The translations under genes were made by a program, and so were the position numbers. Shown here one piece after another: positions 53,334-62,898 of a stretch of 64,000 nucleotides of DNA. The notes under the pieces were generated by a model. The model was not told where the DNA came from. It saw nothing but the letters and a program-made list of their open reading frames with translations, and did no database searches. The DNA lies in the NCBI GenBank assembly GCA_023666335.1, contig JAMPCE010000001.1:103116-167115 (forward strand). Direction: 5' to 3'. The DNA is from a bacterium (GTDB lineage: Bacteria > Bacillota > Clostridia > Lachnospirales > Lachnospiraceae). Each line of letters opens with the position of its first letter. Position 1 is the first letter of the stretch.

Positions 53334-55972
53334 CACCCATGATGCAGCAGTATCTGGAGACGAAGAAAGCATATCAGGACTGTATCCTGTTTTATCGGCT
53401 GGGGGATTTTTACGAGATGTTCTATGAGGATGCCGTCACGGCGTCCAGGGAACTGGAACTGACACTGACGGGAAAGAGCTGCGGGCTTAAGGAACGTGCG
53501 CCCATGTGCGGCGTCCCTTACCACGCGGTGGACGGGTACTTAAGCAAGCTGGTCGCAAAGGGATATAAGGTTGCGGTCTGCGAACAGGTGGAGGATCCGA
53601 AGAGTGCAAAGGGCATCATAAAGCGGGAAGTGATCCGCATCGTGACGCCGGGTACGAATCTGAATCTACAGGCGCTGGACGACACGAAGAACAATTATCT
53701 GGTCTGCGTGGCTTATTTTCCGGGAAAGATCGGAATGTCCGTGGCGGACGTGACCACGGGAGACTATTATCTGACGGAGCTGGAAGATATCCGCAGACTC
53801 CAGGACGAGATCAACAAATACGCGCCCTCGGAGATCATCTGCAACGAACCGTTCTTTGTCAGCGGATTCGATATCGAGGACTTAAAAAACCGTCTGAACG
53901 TGAGCGTGTATTCTCTGCCGCCGCATTATTTTGACGAGGACGGCTGCAAAAAACATCTGATGAAGCATTTTGGCGTAAACAGCCTGCAAGGGCTGGGGAT
54001 CGCGGACTTTCCGACAGGCATGATCGCGGCGGGAGCGCTTTTACAGTATCTCTACGAGATGCAGAAGACTTCTCTTTCCCATTTCACCCATATCTACCCC
54101 TATCTGACCAGCAAGTATATGCTGCTCGACAGTTCGACCAGACGGAATCTCGAGCTGATCGAGACGCTTCGGGAAAAGCAGAAAAAAGGTTCGCTTCTCG
54201 GCGTGCTGGACCGCACAAAGACTGCTATGGGCGGCAGACTTTTGCGGAAATACATAGAACAGCCCCTGATCGACAAAGAGCGGATCACGAAGCGGCTGGA
54301 CGCGGTGGAAGCGCTTTGTAAAAAGAATGTGGATCGGGACGAGCTGCGGGAATATCTGAACACCATCTACGATCTGGAGCGTCTGCTCGGGAAAGTGAGT
54401 TATAAGACCGCCAATCCGCGGGATCTGATCGCTTTCCGCAATTCGCTTGCCATGCTGCCATCCCTGCGGACGATCCTTGCCGAGTTTGACGCGCCTCTTT
54501 TGCGGGAAATTTATGCAGACATGGACCCGCTGGAAGATATCCATGCGCTCATCCAAAGTGCGATCGAGGAGGAACCTCCCCTTGCCTTAAAGGAGGGCGG
54601 CATCATCCGGGAGGGCTTTCATGAGACCATAGACGCCCTGCGAAGCGCCAAGACGGACGGCAAGAAGTGGCTGGCGGCGTTAGAAGAGGAGGACAGGGAG
54701 CGCACGGGGATCAAGAATCTGCGCATCAAGTATAACAAGGTGTTCGGCTATTACTTTGAGGTCACAAACTCCTACAAGGATCAGGTGCCGGAGGACTATG
54801 TGCGGAAACAGACGCTCGTGAATGCGGAGCGGTACACGACCCCGCGCCTGAAAGAGCTGGAAGATTCCATTCTGAATGCGGAGGATAAGCTTTTCGGGCT
54901 GGAGTACGATCTGTTCTGCGAGATCCGCGACACGGTCGCGGGGGAGGTGGAGCGGATCCAGAAGACGGCAAGAGCGGTGGCGAAGCTCGACGTCTTTACT
55001 TCCCTTTCCTTTGTGGCGGAGCAGAATCATTATGTGAGACCTGCCTTAAACGAAAAGGGCGTGATCGATATCAAAGAGGGGCGCCATCCGGTGGTGGAGC
55101 AGATGATCCGCAACGATATGTTTATTGCAAACGACACCCACCTGGACGACAAGAAGCACTGTATCGCCGTGATCACAGGTCCCAATATGGCGGGAAAGTC
55201 CACCTATATGCGGCAGGTGGCGCTCATTGTGCTGATGACGCAGATCGGCTCTTTTGTGCCTGCCGAAAAGGCGGATATCGGCATCGTGGACAGGATCTTT
55301 ACCCGCGTGGGCGCTTCCGACGATCTGGCAAGCGGTCAGTCTACCTTTATGGTGGAGATGAACGAGGTGGCAAATATCTTAAGAAACGCCACGCCGGACA
55401 GCCTGCTGGTGCTGGACGAGATCGGCAGGGGGACTTCCACTTTTGACGGCTTGAGCATTGCCTGGGCAGTGATTGAACATATCAGTAACCGTAAATTATT
55501 GGGCGCAAAAACGTTGTTCGCCACCCACTACCACGAGCTGACGGAACTGGAAGGCAAGATGGACAACGTGAACAATTACTGCATCGCCGTCAAAGAGAAA
55601 GGCGACGACATCGTTTTCTTAAGAAAGATCGTAAAAGGCGGGGCGGACAAGAGTTACGGCATCCAGGTGGCAAAGCTTGCGGGCGTGCCGGATATGGTCA
55701 TCGACCGGGCGAAGGAGATCGTGGAGCAGCTGAGTGATAACGATATCACCGGGCGGGTGCAGAACATCGAGGTGGACCGCGCAGGGGGTGAGCGGAAAAA
55801 GCCCGTTCATTACGACGAGGTGGACTTGGAGCAGATCTCGCTGTTTGACACCGTGACGGACGAGGATGTGGTGCGGGAGTTAAAGGAGATCGACGTGAGT
55901 AATCTGACGCCCGTGGATGCGCTCAATACGCTGTATCGGCTGCAGAATAAATTGAAAAACAGATGGGGCTGA
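53321..55972 (+). CDS. mutS: DNA mismatch repair protein MutS
   Basis: [34 protein letters not shown]..., Walker A [9 protein letters not shown], and a C-terminal dimerisation region. Confidence 0.95.
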   Translation: [883 protein letters not shown]

Positions 55973-56001
55973 GGGCGAAACTCATTTCAGTGTGTTGAGA
56001 T

Positions 56002-56147
56002 TGTACAAATAGCATAACCAACGCAGACGCGCTTTCGCTCCATTCCGAGCGTAACAGACGCTAAACTCGGGAGTTGCTGCGCAACTCCGTACCTCGTTAA
56101 GCGCTGACGCTCTCCAAGGGTCTGCTTATGGTTATCCTATTTGCACA
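56002..56147. mobile_element. MITE-like intergenic repeat, copy 2 (mutS-mutL spacer)
   Basis: About 85-90% identical to copy 1 over TIR and core. A roughly 17-bp indel changes the central gggagttg...caactcc hairpin loop, and the left TIR is slightly degenerate. Confidence 0.7.
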
Positions 56148-56219
56148 ATTCTTTATACATTATGTTGAGTTTCGCAATTACCTAATGACGGATAGGGATA
56201 GTGAGAGGAAGATGAAATC

Positions 56220-58079
56220 GTGGCAAAAATAAACATATTAGATCATCAGACGATAGATAAGATTGCCGCCGGAGAGGTGGTGGAGCGGCCGGCAAGTGTG
56301 GTGAAGGAGCTGGTGGAGAACGCGATAGACGCCGGGGCGTCGGCGGTCACGGTGGAGATCAGGGAGGGCGGAACGACCTTGATACGGGTCACGGACAACG
56401 GCGGCGGTATCGAGAAATCGCAGGTGGAAAATGCCTTTCTGCGCCATGCCACCAGCAAGATATCGTCTGTCGAAGATTTGACCAGTTTGGTCAGTCTCGG
56501 ATTCCGCGGGGAGGCGCTCGCCAGCATTGCGGCGGTGGCGCAAGTGGAGCTGGTCACGAAGACGCCGGAGGAACTGACGGGGATCCGCTATGTGATCGAG
56601 GGCGGCATAGAGAAAGAGCGGGAGGAGATCGGCGCGCCGACAGGCACGACGTTGATCGTGCGCAATCTGTTCTTTAATACGCCGCCGAGAAAGAAGTTTT
56701 TGAAACAGCCGCGCACGGAAGGCTCCTATGTGGCGGAACTGATGGAACATCTGGCGATGTCGAATCCGAAAGTCTCTTTCAAATTTCTCATAAACGGACA
56801 GACAAAATTTTACACGACGGGGAGCGGGGATCTGCGGGAGATCGTCTACCGCATCTACGGGAAAGAGATATCCGGAGAACTGCTCGATTTTTCCTGTGAG
56901 ACGGAGGGGATGCGCATGACAGGGCTTTTGGGGAAGCCTGCGATCAACCGCGCCAACCGTTCTTTCGAGATCTTTTACATCAACGGGCGTTACATCCGCA
57001 GCGCCCTGATCAGCAAGGCGGTGGAGGAGGGTTACCGCGAGTATCTGATGCAGCACAAGTTCCCGTTCTGTATCCTGCACTTTGCGATCGACACGGAGAA
57101 GATCGATGTGAATGTGCATCCATCCAAACTGGAAGTTCGTATTGCTGACGCGCCTGCTTTTCATGAGGCGGTGAAAGATGCCGTGTATGAGGCGCTGCAC
57201 GGGCGGGAGATGATCCCCGAGGTCGCGCTTGCGGACGGGACGGAGAGAAAAGAACGCGCGGCGGCGGAAATGGCGCAGGCAAGGGAGCGTGCGGCGGCGC
57301 CGGAGCCTTTTGAGGAGCGGCGGCTTTCCGGGATGCGGGAAGCACAGGGACTGCCGCTGCGGGAGAAAAATCTGCTGCGGCAGAACATACCCACATACGG
57401 CGAATCGGAAAAAACGCTGGCAGCTCCAAACATAACAGATGTTACGGAATCGGCGGAGCAGATAAACCTCTTTGAAAGCCGTATTCTCTCGCAGGAGACC
57501 CGACCGCAGTTTGAGATCATCGGGCAGATCTTTGAGACCTACTGGCTCATCGTCTACGAGGAGAAACTTTTGATCGTGGACCAGCACGCAGCGCACGAGA
57601 AAGTAAAATACGAACGGTTGATGAAGCATTTCCTCGAAAAGGATGTTCCGACGCAAGCCTTGAATCCCCCGACGATCCTGACTCTGAGTAATCGGGAGAA
57701 AGAGTGTCTTTTGGCGCACCGCGCGGATTTTGAGGCGCTGGGCTTTTTGGTGGAGGAGTTTGGCGGAAACGATTTTTGCATCCGCGGCGTGCCGATGGAT
57801 CTTTACGGGTACGGGGAAGCGGAATTTTTTGGCGAAGTGCTGGACGAACTGGCGGACGAGGCGGTCACGGGTACGCCCGAGAGCATCCGCATCCGCATTG
57901 CGACGATGGCATGTAAGGCTGCGGTAAAGGGCAATATGCGCATGAGCCGGGCGGAGATGGAGACGCTTTTAGATGAACTGCTGACGCTGGAAAATCCGTA
58001 TAACTGCCCACACGGCAGACCCACCATCATCTCCATGTCAAAGAATGAGCTGGAGCGGAAATTTAAGAGGATTGTCTAA
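56220..58079 (+). CDS. mutL: DNA mismatch repair endonuclease MutL
   Basis: N-terminal GHKL ATPase (...ELVENAIDAGA...) and a C-terminal dimerisation/endonuclease domain. GTG start with a gagaggaag RBS. Confidence 0.95.
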   Translation: MAKINILDHQTIDKIAAGEVVERPASVVKELVENAIDAGASAVTVEIREGGTTLIRVTDNGGGIEKSQVENAFLRHATSKISSVEDLTSLVSLGFRGEALASIAAVAQVELVTKTPEELTGIRYVIEGGIEKEREEIGAPTGTTLIVRNLFFNTPPRKKFLKQPRTEGSYVAELMEHLAMSNPKVSFKFLINGQTKFYTTGSGDLREIVYRIYGKEISGELLDFSCETEGMRMTGLLGKPAINRANRSFEIFYINGRYIRSALISKAVEEGYREYLMQHKFPFCILHFAIDTEKIDVNVHPSKLEVRIADAPAFHEAVKDAVYEALHGREMIPEVALADGTERKERAAAEMAQARERAAAPEPFEERRLSGMREAQGLPLREKNLLRQNIPTYGESEKTLAAPNITDVTESAEQINLFESRILSQETRPQFEIIGQIFETYWLIVYEEKLLIVDQHAAHEKVKYERLMKHFLEKDVPTQALNPPTILTLSNREKECLLAHRADFEALGFLVEEFGGNDFCIRGVPMDLYGYGEAEFFGEVLDELADEAVTGTPESIRIRIATMACKAAVKGNMRMSRAEMETLLDELLTLENPYNCPHGRPTIISMSKNELERKFKRIV

Positions 58080-58080
58080 A

Positions 58081-59037
58081 ATGGAAACAGAGAAGAAACC
58101 GCTGATCATTTTGACAGGCCCGACGGCGGTGGGAAAGACATCCCTGTCGATCGCACTGGCAAAAGCCATAGACGGCGAGATCGTATCCGCCGACTCCATG
58201 CAGGTCTACCGCCATATGGATATCGGTTCCGCAAAGATCACGGAAGCGGAGATGGCGGGCGTGCCGCATCATCTGATCGACGTGCTGGAACCGACGGAAA
58301 GCTTTAACGTGGTGGTCTTTCAGAAGCTTGCAAAAGAAGCGATGGAGAAAATTTATGAGCGCGGCAGCATTCCCATTCTGGTGGGCGGCACGGGCTTTTA
58401 TATTCAGGCGGTGCTTTACGACATTGATTTTACGGAAAACGACGAGGACGCTTCCCTGCGAAAGGAACTTGCTGGGCTTGCAGAGAAAGAGGGACCGGAA
58501 GCCCTTTATGAAAGATTGCGGGCTGTAGACCCGAAAGCCTGCGAGAGCATTCATGCCAACAATGTCAAGCGTGTCATTCGGGCGCTTGAGTTTTATGAAA
58601 AGACGGGACAGCCAATCTCTAAGCACAATGAGACCCAGCGGCAGAATGTTTCTCCCTACCGCTTCGCCTATTTTGTTCTGAATGAAGAGCGGGAGAGAAT
58701 CTACCAAAAGATCGACCTGCGCGTCGATCGAATGATGGCGGCGGGGCTTGTGGAGGAGGTGCAGACCTTAAAGGAGATGGGATGCACAAGGGACATGGTC
58801 TCCATGCAGGGCCTCGGCTACAAGGAGATCCTGCAATACCTTGACGGAGAGCTGTCTTTGGAGGAGGCGGTGTACCGGATCAAGCGCGATACCAGACACT
58901 TTGCCAAGCGGCAGCTTACCTGGTTTCGGCGGGAAAAAGACGTGATCTGGCTGGAAAAACAGGAGATTGACCAAAACGGTCAAAGCCAGATAAATTTGAT
59001 GCAGGAAATCCTGCGCGAAAAGCAGATCATCCTGTAG
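58081..59037 (+). CDS. miaA: tRNA dimethylallyltransferase
   Basis: METEKKPLIILTGPTAVGKTSLSIALAK... with a P-loop. The ATG lies 1 nt after the mutL stop. Confidence 0.95.
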   Translation: METEKKPLIILTGPTAVGKTSLSIALAKAIDGEIVSADSMQVYRHMDIGSAKITEAEMAGVPHHLIDVLEPTESFNVVVFQKLAKEAMEKIYERGSIPILVGGTGFYIQAVLYDIDFTENDEDASLRKELAGLAEKEGPEALYERLRAVDPKACESIHANNVKRVIRALEFYEKTGQPISKHNETQRQNVSPYRFAYFVLNEERERIYQKIDLRVDRMMAAGLVEEVQTLKEMGCTRDMVSMQGLGYKEILQYLDGELSLEEAVYRIKRDTRHFAKRQLTWFRREKDVIWLEKQEIDQNGQSQINLMQEILREKQIIL

Positions 59038-59254
59038 GGATTGAACAAATGCGATAAATACGCCGTTTTTGGACGGTGCGAAAGAAAGGAAAGACGAAAT
59101 TGCGATTTCATAGAGGGTGTTATTTGGAATAAGCGGCGTTATTTTATGGGATATATCGAAATAACATACGATATATAACGAAAAAAGAGTGATAAAACGC
59201 AGCCAAAAAGAAAGAAGACAGAAACTGCTTCGGAAAAATGGAGGAAATAGGGGC

Positions 59255-60583
59255 ATGCAGGGAGATGTGCAGATAAAAACATATGAGAAGCCCGAAGTTT
59301 CAGAAAAAGTGTACCGTTATTATGAATGGTTCGGCATTTCGGAAAAAGTGTACCGTTATGGGGAAAAGATCCTGGCGGATTTGCGGGAGCGGTTCGCGCA
59401 GATTGATGAAGTTGCAGAGTTCAATCAACTCAAGGTGATCCGGGCTATGCATGAGGCGAGTGTCAGTGAAGCCTGTCTGATGGGAACCACGGGTTACGGA
59501 TATAACGACTTGGGGCGCGATACTTTGGAAACCGTGTATGCCGATGTTTTTCGGACGGAGGCTGCGCTGGTGCGCCCACAGATCACCTGCGGCACCCATG
59601 CGCTGGCGCTGGCACTCATGAGCAATCTGCGGCCCGGCGACGAGCTGTTGTCTCCGGTGGGAAAGCCCTATGATACGTTAGAGGAGGTCATCGGCATCCG
59701 TCCTTCGAGAGGGTCGCTCGCAGAGTACGGCGTCACCTACCGTCAGGTGGATCTTCTGCCGAACGGGGATTTCGATTATGAGGGCATCCGCGCCGCCATC
59801 GGGGAGCGCACCCGCATGGTCACGATCCAGCGCTCCAAGGGATACCAGACCAGACCGACCCTGTCCGTGGCAAGGATCGGGGAACTGATCGCCTTTGTGA
59901 AACAGATTAAACCGGAACTCATCGTGATGGTAGACAACTGCTACGGCGAGTTTGTGGAGACCACAGAGCCTTCCGAAGTGGGAGCGGATCTGGTGGTCGG
60001 GTCGCTCATCAAAAATCCCGGCGGCGGTCTTGCGCCCGTCGGCGGTTATATCGCAGGAAAAGACGAATATGTGGAGAACGCGGCATGCCGGCTGACGTCT
60101 CCGGGGCTTGCCAAGGAAGTCGGCGCGTCGCTCGGCGTCCTCCCCGCCTTTTATCAGGGCTTGTTTCTGGCGCCCACGGTGACGGCGTCCGCTCTAAAGG
60201 GCGCGGTCTTTGCGGCGAATCTCTATGAGGGGTTGGGCTTTCCCGTCGTGCCGGACGGCAAAGAGAGCCGCCACGATATCATCCAGGCGGTGACGCTTGG
60301 CTCGCCGGAGGGGGTCTGCGCTTTCTGCGAGGGTATCCAGTCGGCTGCGCCCGTGGACAGCTTCGTGAAGCCGGAACCCTGGGATATGCCGGGGTACGAT
60401 TCGAAAGTCATCATGGCGGCGGGCGCTTTCGTGTCCGGTTCCTCCATCGAACTTTCGGCGGACGGTCCCATCGCGCCGCCCTACGCGGTGTACTTTCAGG
60501 GAGGCCTGACCTTTCCCCACGCAAAGTTCGGCATCTTAAAAAGTCTGCAAAATCTTGTAGACTGCGGGATATGCAAATTGTGA
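59255..60583 (+). CDS. PLP-dependent Cys/Met-metabolism family protein (YnbB/aluminium-resistance-protein type, methionine gamma-lyase-like)
   Basis: ...NQLKVIRAMHEASVSEACLMGTTGYGYNDLGRDTLE...CGTHALALAL...VGSLIKNPGGGLAPVGGYIAGK... RBS ggagga. It contains an in-frame 39-nt tandem duplication near the 5' end. Confidence 0.8.
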   Translation: MQGDVQIKTYEKPEVSEKVYRYYEWFGISEKVYRYGEKILADLRERFAQIDEVAEFNQLKVIRAMHEASVSEACLMGTTGYGYNDLGRDTLETVYADVFRTEAALVRPQITCGTHALALALMSNLRPGDELLSPVGKPYDTLEEVIGIRPSRGSLAEYGVTYRQVDLLPNGDFDYEGIRAAIGERTRMVTIQRSKGYQTRPTLSVARIGELIAFVKQIKPELIVMVDNCYGEFVETTEPSEVGADLVVGSLIKNPGGGLAPVGGYIAGKDEYVENAACRLTSPGLAKEVGASLGVLPAFYQGLFLAPTVTASALKGAVFAANLYEGLGFPVVPDGKESRHDIIQAVTLGSPEGVCAFCEGIQSAAPVDSFVKPEPWDMPGYDSKVIMAAGAFVSGSSIELSADGPIAPPYAVYFQGGLTFPHAKFGILKSLQNLVDCGICKL

Positions 60584-60598
60584 TTGAAAAAATGAAAT

Positions 60599-60734
60599 GC
60601 ACGGACGGAGCACCCATTCCGGCGGAGGTCCTAAAACAGCACCGGCACTTAGCGAGGTTTTTGCGAGCTTAGTGTCCGCTGTGCTGTGACCGGAGCGAGA
60701 GCGCGCCGACAAGGAATGGGCGCTTCGTCCGTGC
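60599..60734. other. Nested imperfect palindrome of about 136 bp (potential structured RNA or regulatory element)
   Basis: Outer arms gcacggacggagcacccattcc (60599-60620) and ggaatgggcgcttcgtccgtgc (60713-60734) are 19/22 complementary. Inner arms are cagcac... and ...gtgctg. Confidence 0.4.
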
Positions 60735-60823
60735 TCGCAATATGTAAATTTTTTCCTCTTTTTTGTGTACATCACCCCCCGATTGTGCTAAAATGAGCGT
60801 TGGAGAAAGGAGATTCACCTCTT

Positions 60824-61060
60824 ATGCGAAAGAATAACTGGGCCTGCTTCCTGCTGATCCTGGCGGGGATCGTGCTCGGCGGCTTTATCGGAAGCCTTTT
60901 CCCCGACACATGGCTGAACTACGGGCAGTCTTTCGGTCTGTCCCAGCCGCTGGTGCTGGATATGGGGATCATGACCCTCACGTTCGGGCTTTCGATCAGG
61001 CTCACGATAGCAGGCATCATCGGGATCGCGCTGGCGATCGTCATATACCGTCTGATCTAG
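60824..61060 (+). CDS. DUF4321-like small membrane protein
   Basis: MRKNNWACFLLILAGIVLGGFIGSLF... with two TM helices. Its position immediately upstream of radC-mreBCD is conserved in Clostridia. Confidence 0.55.
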   Translation: MRKNNWACFLLILAGIVLGGFIGSLFPDTWLNYGQSFGLSQPLVLDMGIMTLTFGLSIRLTIAGIIGIALAIVIYRLI

Positions 61061-61120
61061 CGGTTTTATAGGGGCGTTGTCCCCGCGCTTTTGGAGAGAA
61101 GCTGTCGGGAAAGAGACTGC

Positions 61121-61852
61121 ATGAAATCAGGCAAGAATGAGAACAATGAATATTACAGGCTGCAAGACCTCCCCTACGAGAGGTTTGCGGCTTTGGGCGC
61201 TGAAAATCTGACGGACGCGGAACTTCTGGCGATTCTTCTGCGGACGGGAACGAAGGGCATGAGCGCAAAGGCGCTCGGGGAGCGGGTGCTTGCCCAGACA
61301 GCCCGCTACGGGAACGGTCTGCTCGGTCTCTATCACATCCCTGAGCGGGAACTTAGGCGAATCGAGGGCATCGGCTCCGTGAAAGCGGTGCAGCTGAAAG
61401 CGGTCGCCGAATTTGCAAGGCGGATGGCGCGGGCGAAAGCCAGAGGCAGCCTGTCGTTTCAGGAGCCTTACACGGTGGCGGACTATTATATGGAGCAGTT
61501 TCGACATGAGAATGTGGAGTATATCAGGCTGCTGCTTCTGGATTCCGCGCTGCACCTGACCGGAGAGGAAGTCCTCTCCAAGGGCACGGTGAACGCCTCC
61601 CTCCTGTCGCCGAGAGAGGTCTACGCGCATGCGTTTCGCGGCGGGGCGGCATATATCATGCTTTTGCACAACCATCCGGGCGGAGATCCGACGCCGAGCG
61701 GAAACGATCTCGAGATCACGGAGCGCATCGGGCGGGTGGGCGCTATGGCAGATATCCCGCTTTTGGATCACATCATCCTCGGCGACAACTGTTATTTCAG
61801 TTTTCGGGAGAGCAAATTACTGACAGACATGTCATATTCCGAAAGGGAATAG
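61121..61852 (+). CDS. radC: RadC-like JAB domain protein
   Basis: HhH region (...IEGIGSVKAVQL...) and the JAMM motif HNHPGGDPTPSGNDLEITERI. Confidence 0.85.
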   Translation: MKSGKNENNEYYRLQDLPYERFAALGAENLTDAELLAILLRTGTKGMSAKALGERVLAQTARYGNGLLGLYHIPERELRRIEGIGSVKAVQLKAVAEFARRMARAKARGSLSFQEPYTVADYYMEQFRHENVEYIRLLLLDSALHLTGEEVLSKGTVNASLLSPREVYAHAFRGGAAYIMLLHNHPGGDPTPSGNDLEITERIGRVGAMADIPLLDHIILGDNCYFSFRESKLLTDMSYSERE

Positions 61853-61887
61853 AGAGGCAGTAAAAGAGAGAAAGGGGTAAATTTACC

Positions 61888-62898
61888 TTGGCAAACAATG
61901 CATTTGGAATCGACCTTGGCACCAGCAACATCAAGATCTACAACCGCGCGGACGACGACGTTTTCGTGGAAAAGAACATGATCGCGATCGAGAACAAGCG
62001 GACGCTCTTTGCGTACGGCGACGCGGCGTTCGAGATGTACGAGAAAGCGCCGGGCAATATCAACATTACCTATCCTTTAAGCAACGGCGTGATCGCGGAT
62101 ATCCAGAATATGGAAACATTAGTCAAATATTTCCTGAACGGTATGATGCGCAATAATATCCGCCCTGCCGACTATTATATCGCAGTCCCCTGGGATGTGA
62201 CAGAAGTGGAGAAGCGCGCGTTCAAAGATCTGATCAAGGAGTCCAACGTCAAGGCAAAACGGGTCATGATGGTGGATAAAGCCGTGGCGGACGGTCTGGG
62301 ACTTGGAATCGACGTGAAAAATTCACAGGGCGTCATCGTGGTAAACGTCGGCTTTGACACTACGGAGATATCCATTCTCTCGCTGGGCGGCATTGTCTTA
62401 AGCCGTCTGATCAAGGTGGGCGGCAGGAAGTTCGACGAGGCGATCAAAGCCGCGGTCCGGAGGGAATACAGCCTTATCATAGGCGGCAAGACGGCGGAGA
62501 TCGTAAAGACTTCGCTCCTCGATCTGGAACGGGAGGGCGAGGGGGCGCTCGTCTACGGACGCGACATCGTGACGGGGCTTCCCGTGGAGCGCGAGATTCC
62601 GACCGCTCTGGTAGACGAATGTCTGGTAGAGCATTTTAACGCCATCATTGACAATATCAAGGTGATCTTGGAGCGTACGCCCCCGGAACTTGCGGCGGAT
62701 ATCTACCGCCACGGGATCTATCTGACGGGAGGCGCTTCCCAGGTGAGCAAGTTCGCCCAGATGATGAGCAAAGGCACGGGATTACAGGTAAATGTCTCCG
62801 AAAATCCCGTGACCAGCGTAGCGCTGGGGCTCGCCCGGATCATTAAGGACGATAACTATAAATCGGTAGCTTACGCCATAGAAGGAATGAGTAAATGA
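61888..62898 (+). CDS. mreB: Rod shape-determining protein MreB
   Basis: FGIDLGTSNIKIY... with an actin-like ATPase fold. TTG start. Confidence 0.95.
   Translation: MANNAFGIDLGTSNIKIYNRADDDVFVEKNMIAIENKRTLFAYGDAAFEMYEKAPGNINITYPLSNGVIADIQNMETLVKYFLNGMMRNNIRPADYYIAVPWDVTEVEKRAFKDLIKESNVKAKRVMMVDKAVADGLGLGIDVKNSQGVIVVNVGFDTTEISILSLGGIVLSRLIKVGGRKFDEAIKAAVRREYSLIIGGKTAEIVKTSLLDLEREGEGALVYGRDIVTGLPVEREIPTALVDECLVEHFNAIIDNIKVILERTPPELAADIYRHGIYLTGGASQVSKFAQMMSKGTGLQVNVSENPVTSVALGLARIIKDDNYKSVAYAIEGMSK

Noticed and set aside
56238-57719. 493-aa minus-strand ORF
   Set aside because: It is antisense to mutL. The ORFs 13865-14359 (antisense to the EF-G paralog), 52143-53261 (antisense to miaB) and 27942-28880 (antisense to ABC exporter 1) are rejected on the same grounds.
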